Assembly (NCBI GenBank): GCA_046758365.1
Contig: JBHIAC010000002.1
Span: 3,836-67,835, forward strand
Source of the DNA: a bacterium
GTDB lineage: Bacteria; Zhuqueibacterota; Zhuqueibacteria; Oceanimicrobiales; Oceanimicrobiaceae
DNA: 64,000 nucleotides
Direction of reading: 5' to 3'
Made by a program: the position numbers and the translations under genes. Below the pieces are notes generated by a model. It made no database searches, had not been told where the DNA came from, and saw only the letters and a program-made list of their open reading frames with translations. Positions 31,815-41,736 of the stretch are shown piece by piece (the first letter of the stretch is position 1; every line of letters starts with the position of its first letter).

Positions 31815-33293
31815 GTGTTAACAATAGTACTTTTGTACCTGACAATGGTACTCGCTAATCCTGACAGTGGAGAATCTAAATTACAAAATGTCTCCCTTGT
31901 TAACGCATTTCCTAATTTAACCTTCGTCAAGCCTGTATTTTTGACCCATAGTAACGATGGCACAAATCGTATTTTTGTAGTGGAACAACCCGGTAGAATA
32001 AAAGTTTTCCCAAATGACGCTGAGGTTACGAGAGCCGAGTTATTTTTAGATTTTCAGAATAGAGTTAACGATCGTTTTACTGAAATGGGGCTTTTGGGTC
32101 TCGCATTTCATCCAGATTTTGGAAATAATGGGTTCTTTTATGTCAATTATACTACCGGCGACTTTTTGGAACGAAGAACAGTGATTTCTCGCTTTTCGAT
32201 GGATATCAATAATCCCAATCTAGCCGATCCCAATAGCGAATTTATATTGTTAGAGATTCTCCAGCCATTCACAAATCACAATGGCGGTATGCTTCAATTT
32301 GGTCCAGAAGACGGATATTTATACATTGGGTTGGGAGATGGTGGTAGTGGGGGCGATCCTGAAAATCATGGTCAAAATCGAGCAACCCTCCTCGGGGCTA
32401 TATTGCGTATTGACGTTGATAATCCAACAGGAAAGTTGAATTACGGAATCCCTCCCGATAATCCCTTTGTAGGTAATACACAGGGCCTCAAAGAAGAAAT
32501 TTGGGCCTATGGTCTTCGTAATCCCTGGAGATTTAGTATTGATCCTGTTACAGGTGAATTGTGGGTGGGTGATGTTGGGCAAAATTTATGGGAAGAAGTT
32601 GACCTGATTGAAAAAGGTAAAAATTATGGATGGAGAATTATGGAAGGATTTCATTGTTTCAATCCTTCAAATTGCGATCCGACGGGATTAGCTCTCCCAA
32701 TTGTAGAGTATGGGCACAATTTGGGATGTTCTATTACAGGCGGATACATTTATCGTGGTAGTTTACAGCCAGAACTGGAAGGCGCTTATATTTACGGAGA
32801 TTATTGTAGTGGCAGAATCTGGATGCTAAGACATGAAAATAACCAATTGATGGCAGATTCTTTATTAATCGAACCTGAATTTGATCTCGCTATTTCATCC
32901 TTTGGCGTGGACGAAGAAAATGAATTATTCATAATTGATCACAATGGGAAAATATATCGTTTTGCTGGCAGTCCGCCAACCGATGTCCAGGATGATGACG
33001 TGGTTAACATTCCTGATACTTTTTCCTTGGAACAAAACTATCCAAATCCGTTCAATCCTGAAACATTAATCAGCTATCAACTTGCCGTTGTCAGCGATGT
33101 AGAATTAACAATTTATAATTTCTTAGGTCAAAAGATTCGAACACTGGTATACGAGAGACAAAGAACTGGAACTTATAAGGTGTATTGGGATGGCAGGAAT
33201 GATGCCGGGGTTCAAGTTTCAAGCGGTGTTTATCTATATCGGTTGAGAGTTGGGAGATTTGTTCAAACCCGCAAAATGATTTTGAGAAAGTAA
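31815..33293 (+). CDS. PQQ-dependent sugar dehydrogenase (GSDH) with T9SS/FlgD C-terminal domain
   Basis: GLLGLAFHPDF, NHNGG, GDGG, YGLRNPWRFS; LEQNYPNPFNPET...WDG.N..G..VSSGVYLY. Confidence 0.92.
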   Translation: MLTIVLLYLTMVLANPDSGESKLQNVSLVNAFPNLTFVKPVFLTHSNDGTNRIFVVEQPGRIKVFPNDAEVTRAELFLDFQNRVNDRFTEMGLLGLAFHPDFGNNGFFYVNYTTGDFLERRTVISRFSMDINNPNLADPNSEFILLEILQPFTNHNGGMLQFGPEDGYLYIGLGDGGSGGDPENHGQNRATLLGAILRIDVDNPTGKLNYGIPPDNPFVGNTQGLKEEIWAYGLRNPWRFSIDPVTGELWVGDVGQNLWEEVDLIEKGKNYGWRIMEGFHCFNPSNCDPTGLALPIVEYGHNLGCSITGGYIYRGSLQPELEGAYIYGDYCSGRIWMLRHENNQLMADSLLIEPEFDLAISSFGVDEENELFIIDHNGKIYRFAGSPPTDVQDDDVVNIPDTFSLEQNYPNPFNPETLISYQLAVVSDVELTIYNFLGQKIRTLVYERQRTGTYKVYWDGRNDAGVQVSSGVYLYRLRVGRFVQTRKMILRK

Positions 33294-33366
33294 AGAAAAC
33301 TTTATTCAAATTTCAGTTGATTATTTAAAGAACATCTCGGTTTCTCGATAATTTAACAAGCGGTGG

Positions 33367-33600
33367 CTAGTTTTCATCATCTTCTGGTATGAGACTTTTA
33401 AGAATAGATAAAATATCGTCTCTCCACTCTATAGGCGCTTCGATATGCCCCCAACCTTTCTGACTTTGAAAAAGACCGTCATAAGCTAAATCATGATAAC
33501 TTCGTATTTGATGAGGAATGCCTTTTTCTTTGAGCAAACCTTCCAACACTTGGGCTTGAAATTCATTGTCAAGAATGGCGATTTTTTCATATTTCTTCAT
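33367..33600 (-). CDS. Small DUF2007-like putative signal-transducing protein
   Basis: NEFQAQVLEGLLKEKGIP, YDGLFQ..KGWG. Confidence 0.75.
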   Translation of the reverse strand: MKKYEKIAILDNEFQAQVLEGLLKEKGIPHQIRSYHDLAYDGLFQSQKGWGHIEAPIEWRDDILSILKSLIPEDDEN

Positions 33601-33871
33601 TTTAGTATCCCTTTGATTTCTAACATATTATATTAACCTGCAACCCACCATTTATTTCTATATCTGGCAGACCGCAGTCTAATTACTTAGAATGCAATCC
33701 GAAGTATAAGAACAGAATATTCGCACGCTTTCTAATGACTATAAATGACAGCGAAGCGTTATGACTTAATGACTTCATTATTTTTTATCTAAACGTACGA
33801 ATAAGCAAATCCCTACAATTCTGAAATTTGCGGCTTCGCCGCGCTAAGTTAATTAATGAACATTTGTGTTA

Positions 33872-35086
33872 TTATTCTCCAGTTCCAACTACTTTAATCA
33901 GCGTGACTTCAGCGGGTGCATGATAGCGGAATGGAGCAAAAGTGAAACCTAGTCCATTGTTTATGCTCACCAACATACGATCCACAAAGTAAAATCCTTT
34001 AAAAAATGGAGATTCAAATTGGGTAGGTGTAAATATGAACCCAAATGGTCTAAAAACAATTTGTCCACCGTGGGTGTGTCCAGCCAAAAATAAATGATAG
34101 CCTCTTTCAGCAGCTAATTCTATTACAGATTCTGACGGTTGGTGGGTTACTAAAATATCAAGAGCCCCTCGAGGCTGAGAACCCATTAAAGAATACAACT
34201 GATCCATTCTCGGACGATGAGAATAGACATTTGTTATAAAAGTAACCAAAAAACTGTCATATCCAACATGAATAAATTGATTTGTGTTTTCTAATATTAC
34301 AATATTATTAGATTTCAAGCTATTGGTTATACTGTGAGGCTCAGCCCAAATATCGTGATCACCCAAACATGCATATACGCCATAATGGGCCTCAATAGTT
34401 CCTAGAATTTTAGATCCCAAATCAATATATTTTGTACCAGAAGTCACTAGATCTCCAGTAAAGAATACCAGATCGGGTTTAAGTTTATTGACTTTTTTTA
34501 CATATCGTTTCATTTTTCTTTGTTTGGTTCGAGAGTCTGCCTGCAGATCACTTATATGGACGATTTTTAATCCTTCTAATGTTGTGGGTAAATGTGGAAC
34601 GTAGAGCTCAACTTCAGAAACACGTATTCGATTTGTGTCGATAAGTATGCGAAATAGGATATAAATTGTGAGCAACGCCATGATAACGACGATTACTCTT
34701 GATTCCACCTCTAACCATGTGGTTTTATATTTTTTATAAAGTGGGAAAAAAGGAAGCTTTATAAAATCAATAGTCAATAGCCATGGTAAAATCTCAACTA
34801 TTAATATGAGTCCCATCCAAAAGGGATATGTAAAAAGTATGTCCCAAAGTTTTTGACCTTCTCGAATCGATTTAGTAAAATTTTCAAATCCTAATTGATG
34901 GAGTCCTAAAAGTAAGAAGGGATGTAAATTCAGATAAGCTATCCCAGCTACAATAAACAATCTAATTTGATCATTGGGCCAAATAAATATTTTGCTGAGA
35001 GCGTAATATAGTTTCCATCCTGAATAGAGGTAGGCAAGTAATAAAGCAGGCAAGAGCGTGAGAATTGTTCTTAAAATCCAGGGCAT
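33872..35086 (-). CDS. Membrane-anchored metallophosphoesterase
   Basis: HISDLQ, TGDLV, LGDHD, THQP, AGHTHGGQ. Confidence 0.9.
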   Translation of the reverse strand: MPWILRTILTLLPALLLAYLYSGWKLYYALSKIFIWPNDQIRLFIVAGIAYLNLHPFLLLGLHQLGFENFTKSIREGQKLWDILFTYPFWMGLILIVEILPWLLTIDFIKLPFFPLYKKYKTTWLEVESRVIVVIMALLTIYILFRILIDTNRIRVSEVELYVPHLPTTLEGLKIVHISDLQADSRTKQRKMKRYVKKVNKLKPDLVFFTGDLVTSGTKYIDLGSKILGTIEAHYGVYACLGDHDIWAEPHSITNSLKSNNIVILENTNQFIHVGYDSFLVTFITNVYSHRPRMDQLYSLMGSQPRGALDILVTHQPSESVIELAAERGYHLFLAGHTHGGQIVFRPFGFIFTPTQFESPFFKGFYFVDRMLVSINNGLGFTFAPFRYHAPAEVTLIKVVGTGE

Positions 35087-35141
35087 TTAATTGAGCTATC
35101 CTTTTAAAGTATATAGGGTAGGTTATATTTAAACTTTATTG

Positions 35142-35687
35142 TTACTGAGGCCAATAAGGCTCCAACTCAACCCCCAAACCGTCGGCCAGCCGATTGACAA
35201 AATTATAATAACCTGTGATTTGGTTAATATCCAAAATTGCGGCATCGCTAAAACCCTCCTCCCGTAGTTTTTCCACATCCGCTTCTTCCATTTTCCATGT
35301 TGTGAGGGTTAGTTTAACGGCATAATCCAGCATGGCCAGGTCAGCACTCGAAAGGGGGGCTTGCCGGTAATCGCGCTTGAGATGCTCTATCAGTGCTTCA
35401 TTTTTGGTAAGTCTGCGGAGACCCGCTCCGTGGTGAGTTATTCAGTAGTGACATTTATTGGTTACCGAGACTACCACTGCAATCATCTCCCTCTGGACTC
35501 GGCTTAAGTCGGATTTACCAAACATCAGAGTTCGATACAATTGGTAGTGACCTTTCAAGGACGGGGGATTAAGACTGTGGATTTTTAAAATATTATCCAC
35601 CATACCGGAAGGAGTGGCATGATTGTCATAGAACTCTTTCAGGGAATTTTGAGCTTCCTGTTCTTTTATTACTTTTATCCAAGCCAT
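35142..35687 (-). CDS. AhpD/CMD-family peroxidase-related selenoprotein (CxxU), 181 aa; merges two ORFs of the track
   Basis: ORFs 35442..35687 and 35142..35333 are in one frame, split only by TGA 35444-35442: ...VSVTNKCHY-U-ITHHGAGLRRLTKNEAL...AMLDYAVKLT...NFVNRLADGLGV. Confidence 0.88.
35414..35441 (-). promoter_or_regulatory. Candidate bacterial SECIS hairpin
   Basis: UGA-AUAACUCACCA-CGGAG-CGGGU-CUCCG: stem starts 11 nt after UGA, G-containing apical loop. Confidence 0.6.
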
Positions 35688-35807
35688 TTTTTATGTACCT
35701 AAGATATTGATATAATTAGCATTCATGGAATAGTTAAATTCCTTTAATTAGGACTAAGTTTGTTATTCATTTATCATCAAGTCAATTCGCTTCTATGTGA
35801 ACCAAAA

Positions 35808-37940
35808 TTATTTTTTATGCTGATTTAAATTGTTAATGTTATTTAGACTGGCTTGAGAACCCATTATCAAGATCGAATCACCGTATTTGAAACGATAATC
35901 CGGTTTGGGTGGAATTACATTCTGTTTTTCTTTTTTTTCAGCATCATAGTTCTGCTTGATCAGTACTACTTCTGTACCAAAACGACTGCGTAAATTTAAC
36001 TCTCGCAGTGTTTTATTTACAAACTCTCCCGGAATCTCAATCTCACATAAGATTTGTCCATCCAGCAATTCAATCCGCTTGAACTTACGTAGAGAACCAA
36101 TGTAACTGGAAACGGAGGTAACCATGTCTCGTTTAAATACTTCTTTGTTATAGACCTCAATCACATCATTTTTAGAAATTGTTCCAATTAACTGCTTTTC
36201 ATTCTTTCCACTTACGACCGGTAATTCATCAATATTCATTTCACCAAAAGCTTTCATAACAATGTCAAGCGTATCATTAGGGGTAAAGTAATGGCGTATT
36301 GGCGTCAATAGATCATAGGCAACCAGAACATGTTCAAGTACATCGGATTCATAGATAATTCTTCGCACATCATGGATGGAAATCACGCCTAATAAATGAT
36401 TTTGACTGTCAACCACAAAAAAGTTCGGGTGAGGGCTGCTGACGGTTAAATCCATTAATTTGCGGAATGGGGTATCTGCATGGACTCGCTCGTAATCTGA
36501 TTTCATTACTTTTGCCACTTGCAGCGAATTTAATACATTGATTTCTTGACCTTGGAAAATATTGATACCCCGGCGGGATAGTTTTAGAGTATAAATAGAA
36601 TCTTTTTTCAATCGAGTAGTAATTAAAGCGCTGATGATGCAGGTAATCATCAGAGGAAGAATTATTCGATAATCATTGGTTAATTCAAAAATAATCAGGA
36701 TTGATGTAATAGGGGCGTGCATGGCCCCGGCGGCTACGGCCCCCATTCCCACCAATGCATAAGCGCCGGAGGATGCCGTATGCATGGGAACAAGCGTATG
36801 AACAATGGTCCCCATGAAACCACCGAGGTTTGCACCTAAAAATAAAGAAGGAGCAAAAATCCCTCCCGATCCACCGGAACCAATAGTAATTGAGGTAGCA
36901 ACGACCTTCAGAGCGACTAGGAACAATAAAAAATACCAGACCAATTGACCGTTCAATGCCAGGCTTATGGTATCGTAACCAACTCCGAATATATGCGGGA
37001 AATAAATCGCTATTAGTCCAATGAGTAAGCCTCCAAGTACAGGTTTTAAGAATTCTGGTATGCGAAGGATTTCAAATATATCTTCGGTTTTATATAACAG
37101 ATTGATAAAAGCCAGGGCCACGAATGCCGCCAAAACCCCTAAGATTACATAAGGAATCATTTCGAAGATGCTTACCAGTTCATAATGGGGAATCACAAAG
37201 GCGGAAAAATCACCTAAAAAATGACGTGATACCACAGTAGCAGTAACTGATGAAACCACAATTGGGCTGAATTGAGAAATGCCAAAATCACTGAGAATAA
37301 TTTCCATCGCGAAAAGAGCACCGGCTATCGGCGCATTAAAAGTAGCTGCAATCCCGGCAGCCGTTCCACAAGCCACAAAAGTCCGCAAACGGGAACCGGT
37401 CACTTTGAGAACCTGCCCTAACATGGAACCAATAGCAGAACCAATCTGAACGATTGGCCCTTCACGTCCAACCGAGCCACCCGACCCAATACATACCGCT
37501 GATGCGGTGACTTTGGCAAACATCACACGAGGACGAATAGCGCCTCCACGCAGCACAATCGACTCCATAACCTCAGGTACCCCATGACCTTTTGCCTCCC
37601 GCGCAAAATAAAACACAATTGGGCCAACAATTAATCCGCCCATTGCTGGTGCAATAAGCTTAACATACCAGGGTAGTTGTAACGAATACTCCAAGGTATA
37701 TTGCCAGGAGCCAAAAAAGACTCCTTGAAAAAATCGAATGGCAAAGCGAAAAAAGATTGCTCCAAATCCACCCATAATTCCAATTACTACGGCAACCACC
37801 ACCATAAAGGTATGTTCAGTCATGCGTAATCGTTGTAGTTCATCTACAATAAAATGTTGCCAGAACTTCGTAAACGTGTGAATATGAGAAGATATTGACA
37901 TCTCAAATATCTTAATTGAAATAAAATGTTGATAAATCAA
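35808..37940 (-). CDS. ClC chloride channel/antiporter with CBS pair and TrkA-C domain
   Basis: GHGVPEV, GREGP, GGIFAP, IYTLKL; CBS pair; C-terminal RCK-C. Confidence 0.95.
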   Translation of the reverse strand: MIYQHFISIKIFEMSISSHIHTFTKFWQHFIVDELQRLRMTEHTFMVVVAVVIGIMGGFGAIFFRFAIRFFQGVFFGSWQYTLEYSLQLPWYVKLIAPAMGGLIVGPIVFYFAREAKGHGVPEVMESIVLRGGAIRPRVMFAKVTASAVCIGSGGSVGREGPIVQIGSAIGSMLGQVLKVTGSRLRTFVACGTAAGIAATFNAPIAGALFAMEIILSDFGISQFSPIVVSSVTATVVSRHFLGDFSAFVIPHYELVSIFEMIPYVILGVLAAFVALAFINLLYKTEDIFEILRIPEFLKPVLGGLLIGLIAIYFPHIFGVGYDTISLALNGQLVWYFLLFLVALKVVATSITIGSGGSGGIFAPSLFLGANLGGFMGTIVHTLVPMHTASSGAYALVGMGAVAAGAMHAPITSILIIFELTNDYRIILPLMITCIISALITTRLKKDSIYTLKLSRRGINIFQGQEINVLNSLQVAKVMKSDYERVHADTPFRKLMDLTVSSPHPNFFVVDSQNHLLGVISIHDVRRIIYESDVLEHVLVAYDLLTPIRHYFTPNDTLDIVMKAFGEMNIDELPVVSGKNEKQLIGTISKNDVIEVYNKEVFKRDMVTSVSSYIGSLRKFKRIELLDGQILCEIEIPGEFVNKTLRELNLRSRFGTEVVLIKQNYDAEKKEKQNVIPPKPDYRFKYGDSILIMGSQASLNNINNLNQHKK

Positions 37941-38058
37941 CTATAAATAAAACTTAACATCCTCTTTTCTATCTTTGTACATGATATCGTAAATGACAGC
38001 GATTTTATCAAACTCGTTCATTTTAGATTTAGCTAAATTGTTTAGATAAAAAAGTAAT

Positions 38059-38167
38059 TAATGACGTAGGTGCAATTAAGGTAAGACGCTAAATATTTTA
38101 ATTTGAAAATATTGACTTTACAATTGCTAATAGTTGAAATTATTCCGTTTTTGCACCAACGTCATTA
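38059..38167. mobile_element. MITE-like element, copy A
   Basis: Terminal inverted repeats TAATGACGTAGGTGCAA / TTGCACCAACGTCATTA; homologous to the reverse complement of 48932-49024. Confidence 0.65.
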
Positions 38168-38334
38168 ATGAATTATTTTTCTAAAACATACTAATAAAAT
38201 TTAAAATATCAAAATAAAATTTACTACTAGATATGAGACTTTCTACCCTATTTTGAAGGATCTCAGGTTTTGTAAGTTTTGGAAAACAATTATTGTTCTT
38301 TAAAAGAGTCCTGCCTGGTTAGCATGGTTTGAAT

Positions 38335-41300
38335 TTACTTCCGCACTACCACGTCATATACCATAGGAATTACTACCAATGTGAGGAGGGTGCCCACAAG
38401 TAAACCGCCGATAACAGTAATAGCCATAGGGGTGCGCAGTTCCGCACCTTCGCCGAAACCCAGAGCCATGGGTAAAAGGCCGAGTACGGTGGTGAGGGTG
38501 GTCATGAGAATGGGCCGCAAACGAACCTGGCCAGCTTGTTTAATGGCCTCGCGTTTGGCCAGGCCCTGCTTTCGCAGCTTGTTGATATAGTCAATTAGGA
38601 CAATGGCATTGTTTACCACAATCCCAGCCAGCATGATGAGTCCAATGAGCACAACGACACTGATGGGTGTCCTGGTTATAAGCAGTGTGAGGATTACACC
38701 GATAAGGGCAAAGGGTATAGTGAACATAATGATGAACGGCTGCACCAGCGACTCAAACTGCGAAGCCATGACTAAATAGACCAGAAAAATAGCCAGAGCT
38801 ATGGCCAGTTTCATGCTGTCGAACGAGGTCACCATTTCCCGCTGCTGTCCGCCGATGCGCACACGGAAATCGGGCGGCAGTTCCAGTTTATCGATGATTT
38901 TTTGAATGTCCTCGGAGACACTCCCCAGGTCTCGCCCTTTGAGATTAGCCGTCACCAGCGCTACCCGTTCCTGATCAATGCGTCGGATTTCACTTGGCCC
39001 GCGTTCCAATTTCACATCTGCCACCGTAGATAGAGGAATGGGCACGGAGCCCGTGGAATTGACCACCAGTCGGCGCAGATCTTCCACGTTGTTGCGGTCC
39101 TCTTCGCGGGCGCGCACACGGATATCTACTTTGCGGTCCTGGCGATTTAACTCGGTTGAAACTTCTCCCAGAACTTTATTGCGCACAATGTTACCAATGG
39201 TTGCGATGTCCAGACCGGCCTGAGCCACCCGACGACGGTTGAAAACGATCTGCACCTCGGGATTGCCGCCTTCGGTGCTGGATTTGACGTCACGCAAGCC
39301 TGGGAGGTTTCGAATCTCCTGCGCCAAGGTCAGACTCAGCCGCTCTAATTCCTGCAAATTATAGCCGCGAACTTCCACTTCAACCGGGGTTTTGAAACTG
39401 AAAAGGGTGGGACGGGATATTTTATATTCAACACCTGGTAAAGCTATAAATTTGTTTCGCAAATCATCCATGACCCGTTGCTCAGCTTCACGGTCGTTTC
39501 TCCGCAGCAGACGGATATGCAATTGCCCAAGATTTTCACGCAATTCCGTCGCGCTGAACCCCATCTGTGCGGCGGTCCCGGAAACCGTATAGACGTTGGA
39601 AACGCCCGGCACTTCCTGCGCCCTGGAGGCCATCTGAGCCACTACCTCTTCGGTTTTCTCCAGCGGCGTCCCAATAGGCAAAAGAATATCCACGAAAAAT
39701 TCACCCTGACTCATCTCAGGGATAAGCTCACTACCGAGAAATGGCACACTGACCAGAGCAAGAATAAAAAGCAGCAACGTGCTTCCCAGAAACTTCGCAC
39801 GTTGCTGGAGTACATTATCAAGAAATCTGGGATAGCGCTTGGTCAAAAGCTGCAAAGCTGCGTCAAAAGCCGCGTAAACGGGTTTCAGCAGCCGGTTTAG
39901 AACTTGTCCCACAGTTGCAAAAATTCCTCGAATCTGGTTGTAAAGGAAGGCCGGGGTATCGAGGGAAATGCGTGCCCAAAATTTTTTAATTTTACCTTTA
40001 CTCTCAGATGTGGTTTCAACGTACGCTTGATCCGGAGACAGCATGGGTTGAAATTGCCGGGAGGCTAACATGGGAATAAATGTCAAGGCCACCAGAAGAG
40101 AAGCCGTCAGGGAAAAGGTTACGGTGAGCGCCTGATCATTAAACAATTGTCCAGCGATGCCTTCCACAAAAATAATCGGCACAAACACACACACCGTGGT
40201 CAGAGTCGAGGCGATGACCGCCTGGCCGACCTCACATGTGCCCTTATCGGCGGCGTCTGCCTGGGCATGCTCGCGCTTGCGATATCGGTCGATCGATTCC
40301 AGCACCACAATGGCATTATCCACCAGCATCCCCACACCTAAGGCCAATCCCCCTAACGACATGATGTTGAGCGAGACATTGGCCAGATACATGAAAAAGA
40401 AAGTCGCGACAATGGAAATCGGAATGACCAAACTGATGATAAGGGTGCTTTTCAGACTGCGAAGGAAAAGATACAGCACCAGCATCGCGAGAATGCCTCC
40501 CCAGATAGCCGTGTTTAAAACTTCATCCACCGAGTTCTCAATAAAAAGGGATTGATCGTTCACGATGGTCATGGTTAAAGGTACATTGAATTGCTGGAAC
40601 TCCTGCATGATTTCCTGCAGTCGCTCTTTCACCCGCTTTGCTACCGTGACCGTATTTTTATCAGCTTCTTTGTAGACCGCGATCTCCACCGACTCTTTGC
40701 CGTTGAGATGGGTGATCACTTTCCGTTCCTTATGGCCTTTACGAATTTCTGCCACATCTTTCAGCAAGATAGGTACCTGACTGCGCATACCAACGACAAT
40801 ATCTCGCATTTCGTCGACGTTCTGGAATTCGTTCAGGGTGCGGACCAGGAATTCGGCTTCACCCTCCTTGAGTGTGCCGCCTGTGAGATTGACGTTTTCT
40901 TGCGCCATGCGCTGCGTAACCAGGGTAATGGGTATACCGAGAGTTGCGAGCCGGCTTTCATGAACGTTTATTTGAATTTCCTCTTCTAATCCTCCAGATA
41001 CCTGAATGGAAGCTACCCCATCCAATGATTCTAATTCTTGTTTGATACGCTCTTCAGCGAACAATCTCAGGGCGATCAGGCTTTCCTCGCCCGCAAGTCC
41101 GATGCGCATAATGGGATCCAACGATGGATCGAAGCGTAACAGGATAGGAGGTTCGGCATCCTTGGGAAGTACGAGCATATCTAACTTTTCACGTACATCC
41201 AAAGAGGCAAAATCCATGTCGGTTTTCCAGTCGAACTCTATGATAACATCAGACATACCAGGACGGGAGATAGAACTGGTGCGCACCACACCTGAAATAA

Positions 41301-41517
41301 CGCCGACCGCCTCTTCAATCGGTTCAGAAAGGAGATTTTCGACTTCGCCCGGAGCGGTTCCCGGGTATTCTGTGCGAATGGTCAAGGTTGGGTAGGAAAT
41401 ATCCGGCAGAAGATTTATGGGCAGCCGGTCAAAGGCCACAAAGCCAAATACCCCGGCTGCCACCATAAACATTAATATTGTAACCGGACGAGTTATTGAG
41501 AAGTTTACTATTTTCAT
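38335..41517 (-). CDS. RND efflux permease
   Basis: LPINLLPDISYP, GMLVDNAIVVLES, RLRPILMT. Confidence 0.95.
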   Translation of the reverse strand: MKIVNFSITRPVTILMFMVAAGVFGFVAFDRLPINLLPDISYPTLTIRTEYPGTAPGEVENLLSEPIEEAVGVISGVVRTSSISRPGMSDVIIEFDWKTDMDFASLDVREKLDMLVLPKDAEPPILLRFDPSLDPIMRIGLAGEESLIALRLFAEERIKQELESLDGVASIQVSGGLEEEIQINVHESRLATLGIPITLVTQRMAQENVNLTGGTLKEGEAEFLVRTLNEFQNVDEMRDIVVGMRSQVPILLKDVAEIRKGHKERKVITHLNGKESVEIAVYKEADKNTVTVAKRVKERLQEIMQEFQQFNVPLTMTIVNDQSLFIENSVDEVLNTAIWGGILAMLVLYLFLRSLKSTLIISLVIPISIVATFFFMYLANVSLNIMSLGGLALGVGMLVDNAIVVLESIDRYRKREHAQADAADKGTCEVGQAVIASTLTTVCVFVPIIFVEGIAGQLFNDQALTVTFSLTASLLVALTFIPMLASRQFQPMLSPDQAYVETTSESKGKIKKFWARISLDTPAFLYNQIRGIFATVGQVLNRLLKPVYAAFDAALQLLTKRYPRFLDNVLQQRAKFLGSTLLLFILALVSVPFLGSELIPEMSQGEFFVDILLPIGTPLEKTEEVVAQMASRAQEVPGVSNVYTVSGTAAQMGFSATELRENLGQLHIRLLRRNDREAEQRVMDDLRNKFIALPGVEYKISRPTLFSFKTPVEVEVRGYNLQELERLSLTLAQEIRNLPGLRDVKSSTEGGNPEVQIVFNRRRVAQAGLDIATIGNIVRNKVLGEVSTELNRQDRKVDIRVRAREEDRNNVEDLRRLVVNSTGSVPIPLSTVADVKLERGPSEIRRIDQERVALVTANLKGRDLGSVSEDIQKIIDKLELPPDFRVRIGGQQREMVTSFDSMKLAIALAIFLVYLVMASQFESLVQPFIIMFTIPFALIGVILTLLITRTPISVVVLIGLIMLAGIVVNNAIVLIDYINKLRKQGLAKREAIKQAGQVRLRPILMTTLTTVLGLLPMALGFGEGAELRTPMAITVIGGLLVGTLLTLVVIPMVYDVVVRK

Positions 41518-41736
41518 ATTTGTTAAGCCTTTATTTTATATTTGGTATAACCAATCAAATCTTCGTTTCTTTTGCATAAATATTTTGTTTTTAATACTCA
41601 TTGCTCAACTGTTCCATTGCTCTATTGTTAAATTGTTTGTGTAGTAACAATGCAACATTGCAGCTCGCTACTCTATGTTTATTCAAACCTTTACCCATAT
41701 ACCCTCCATACTATTTGACTTCTTGTATCCTTGATA

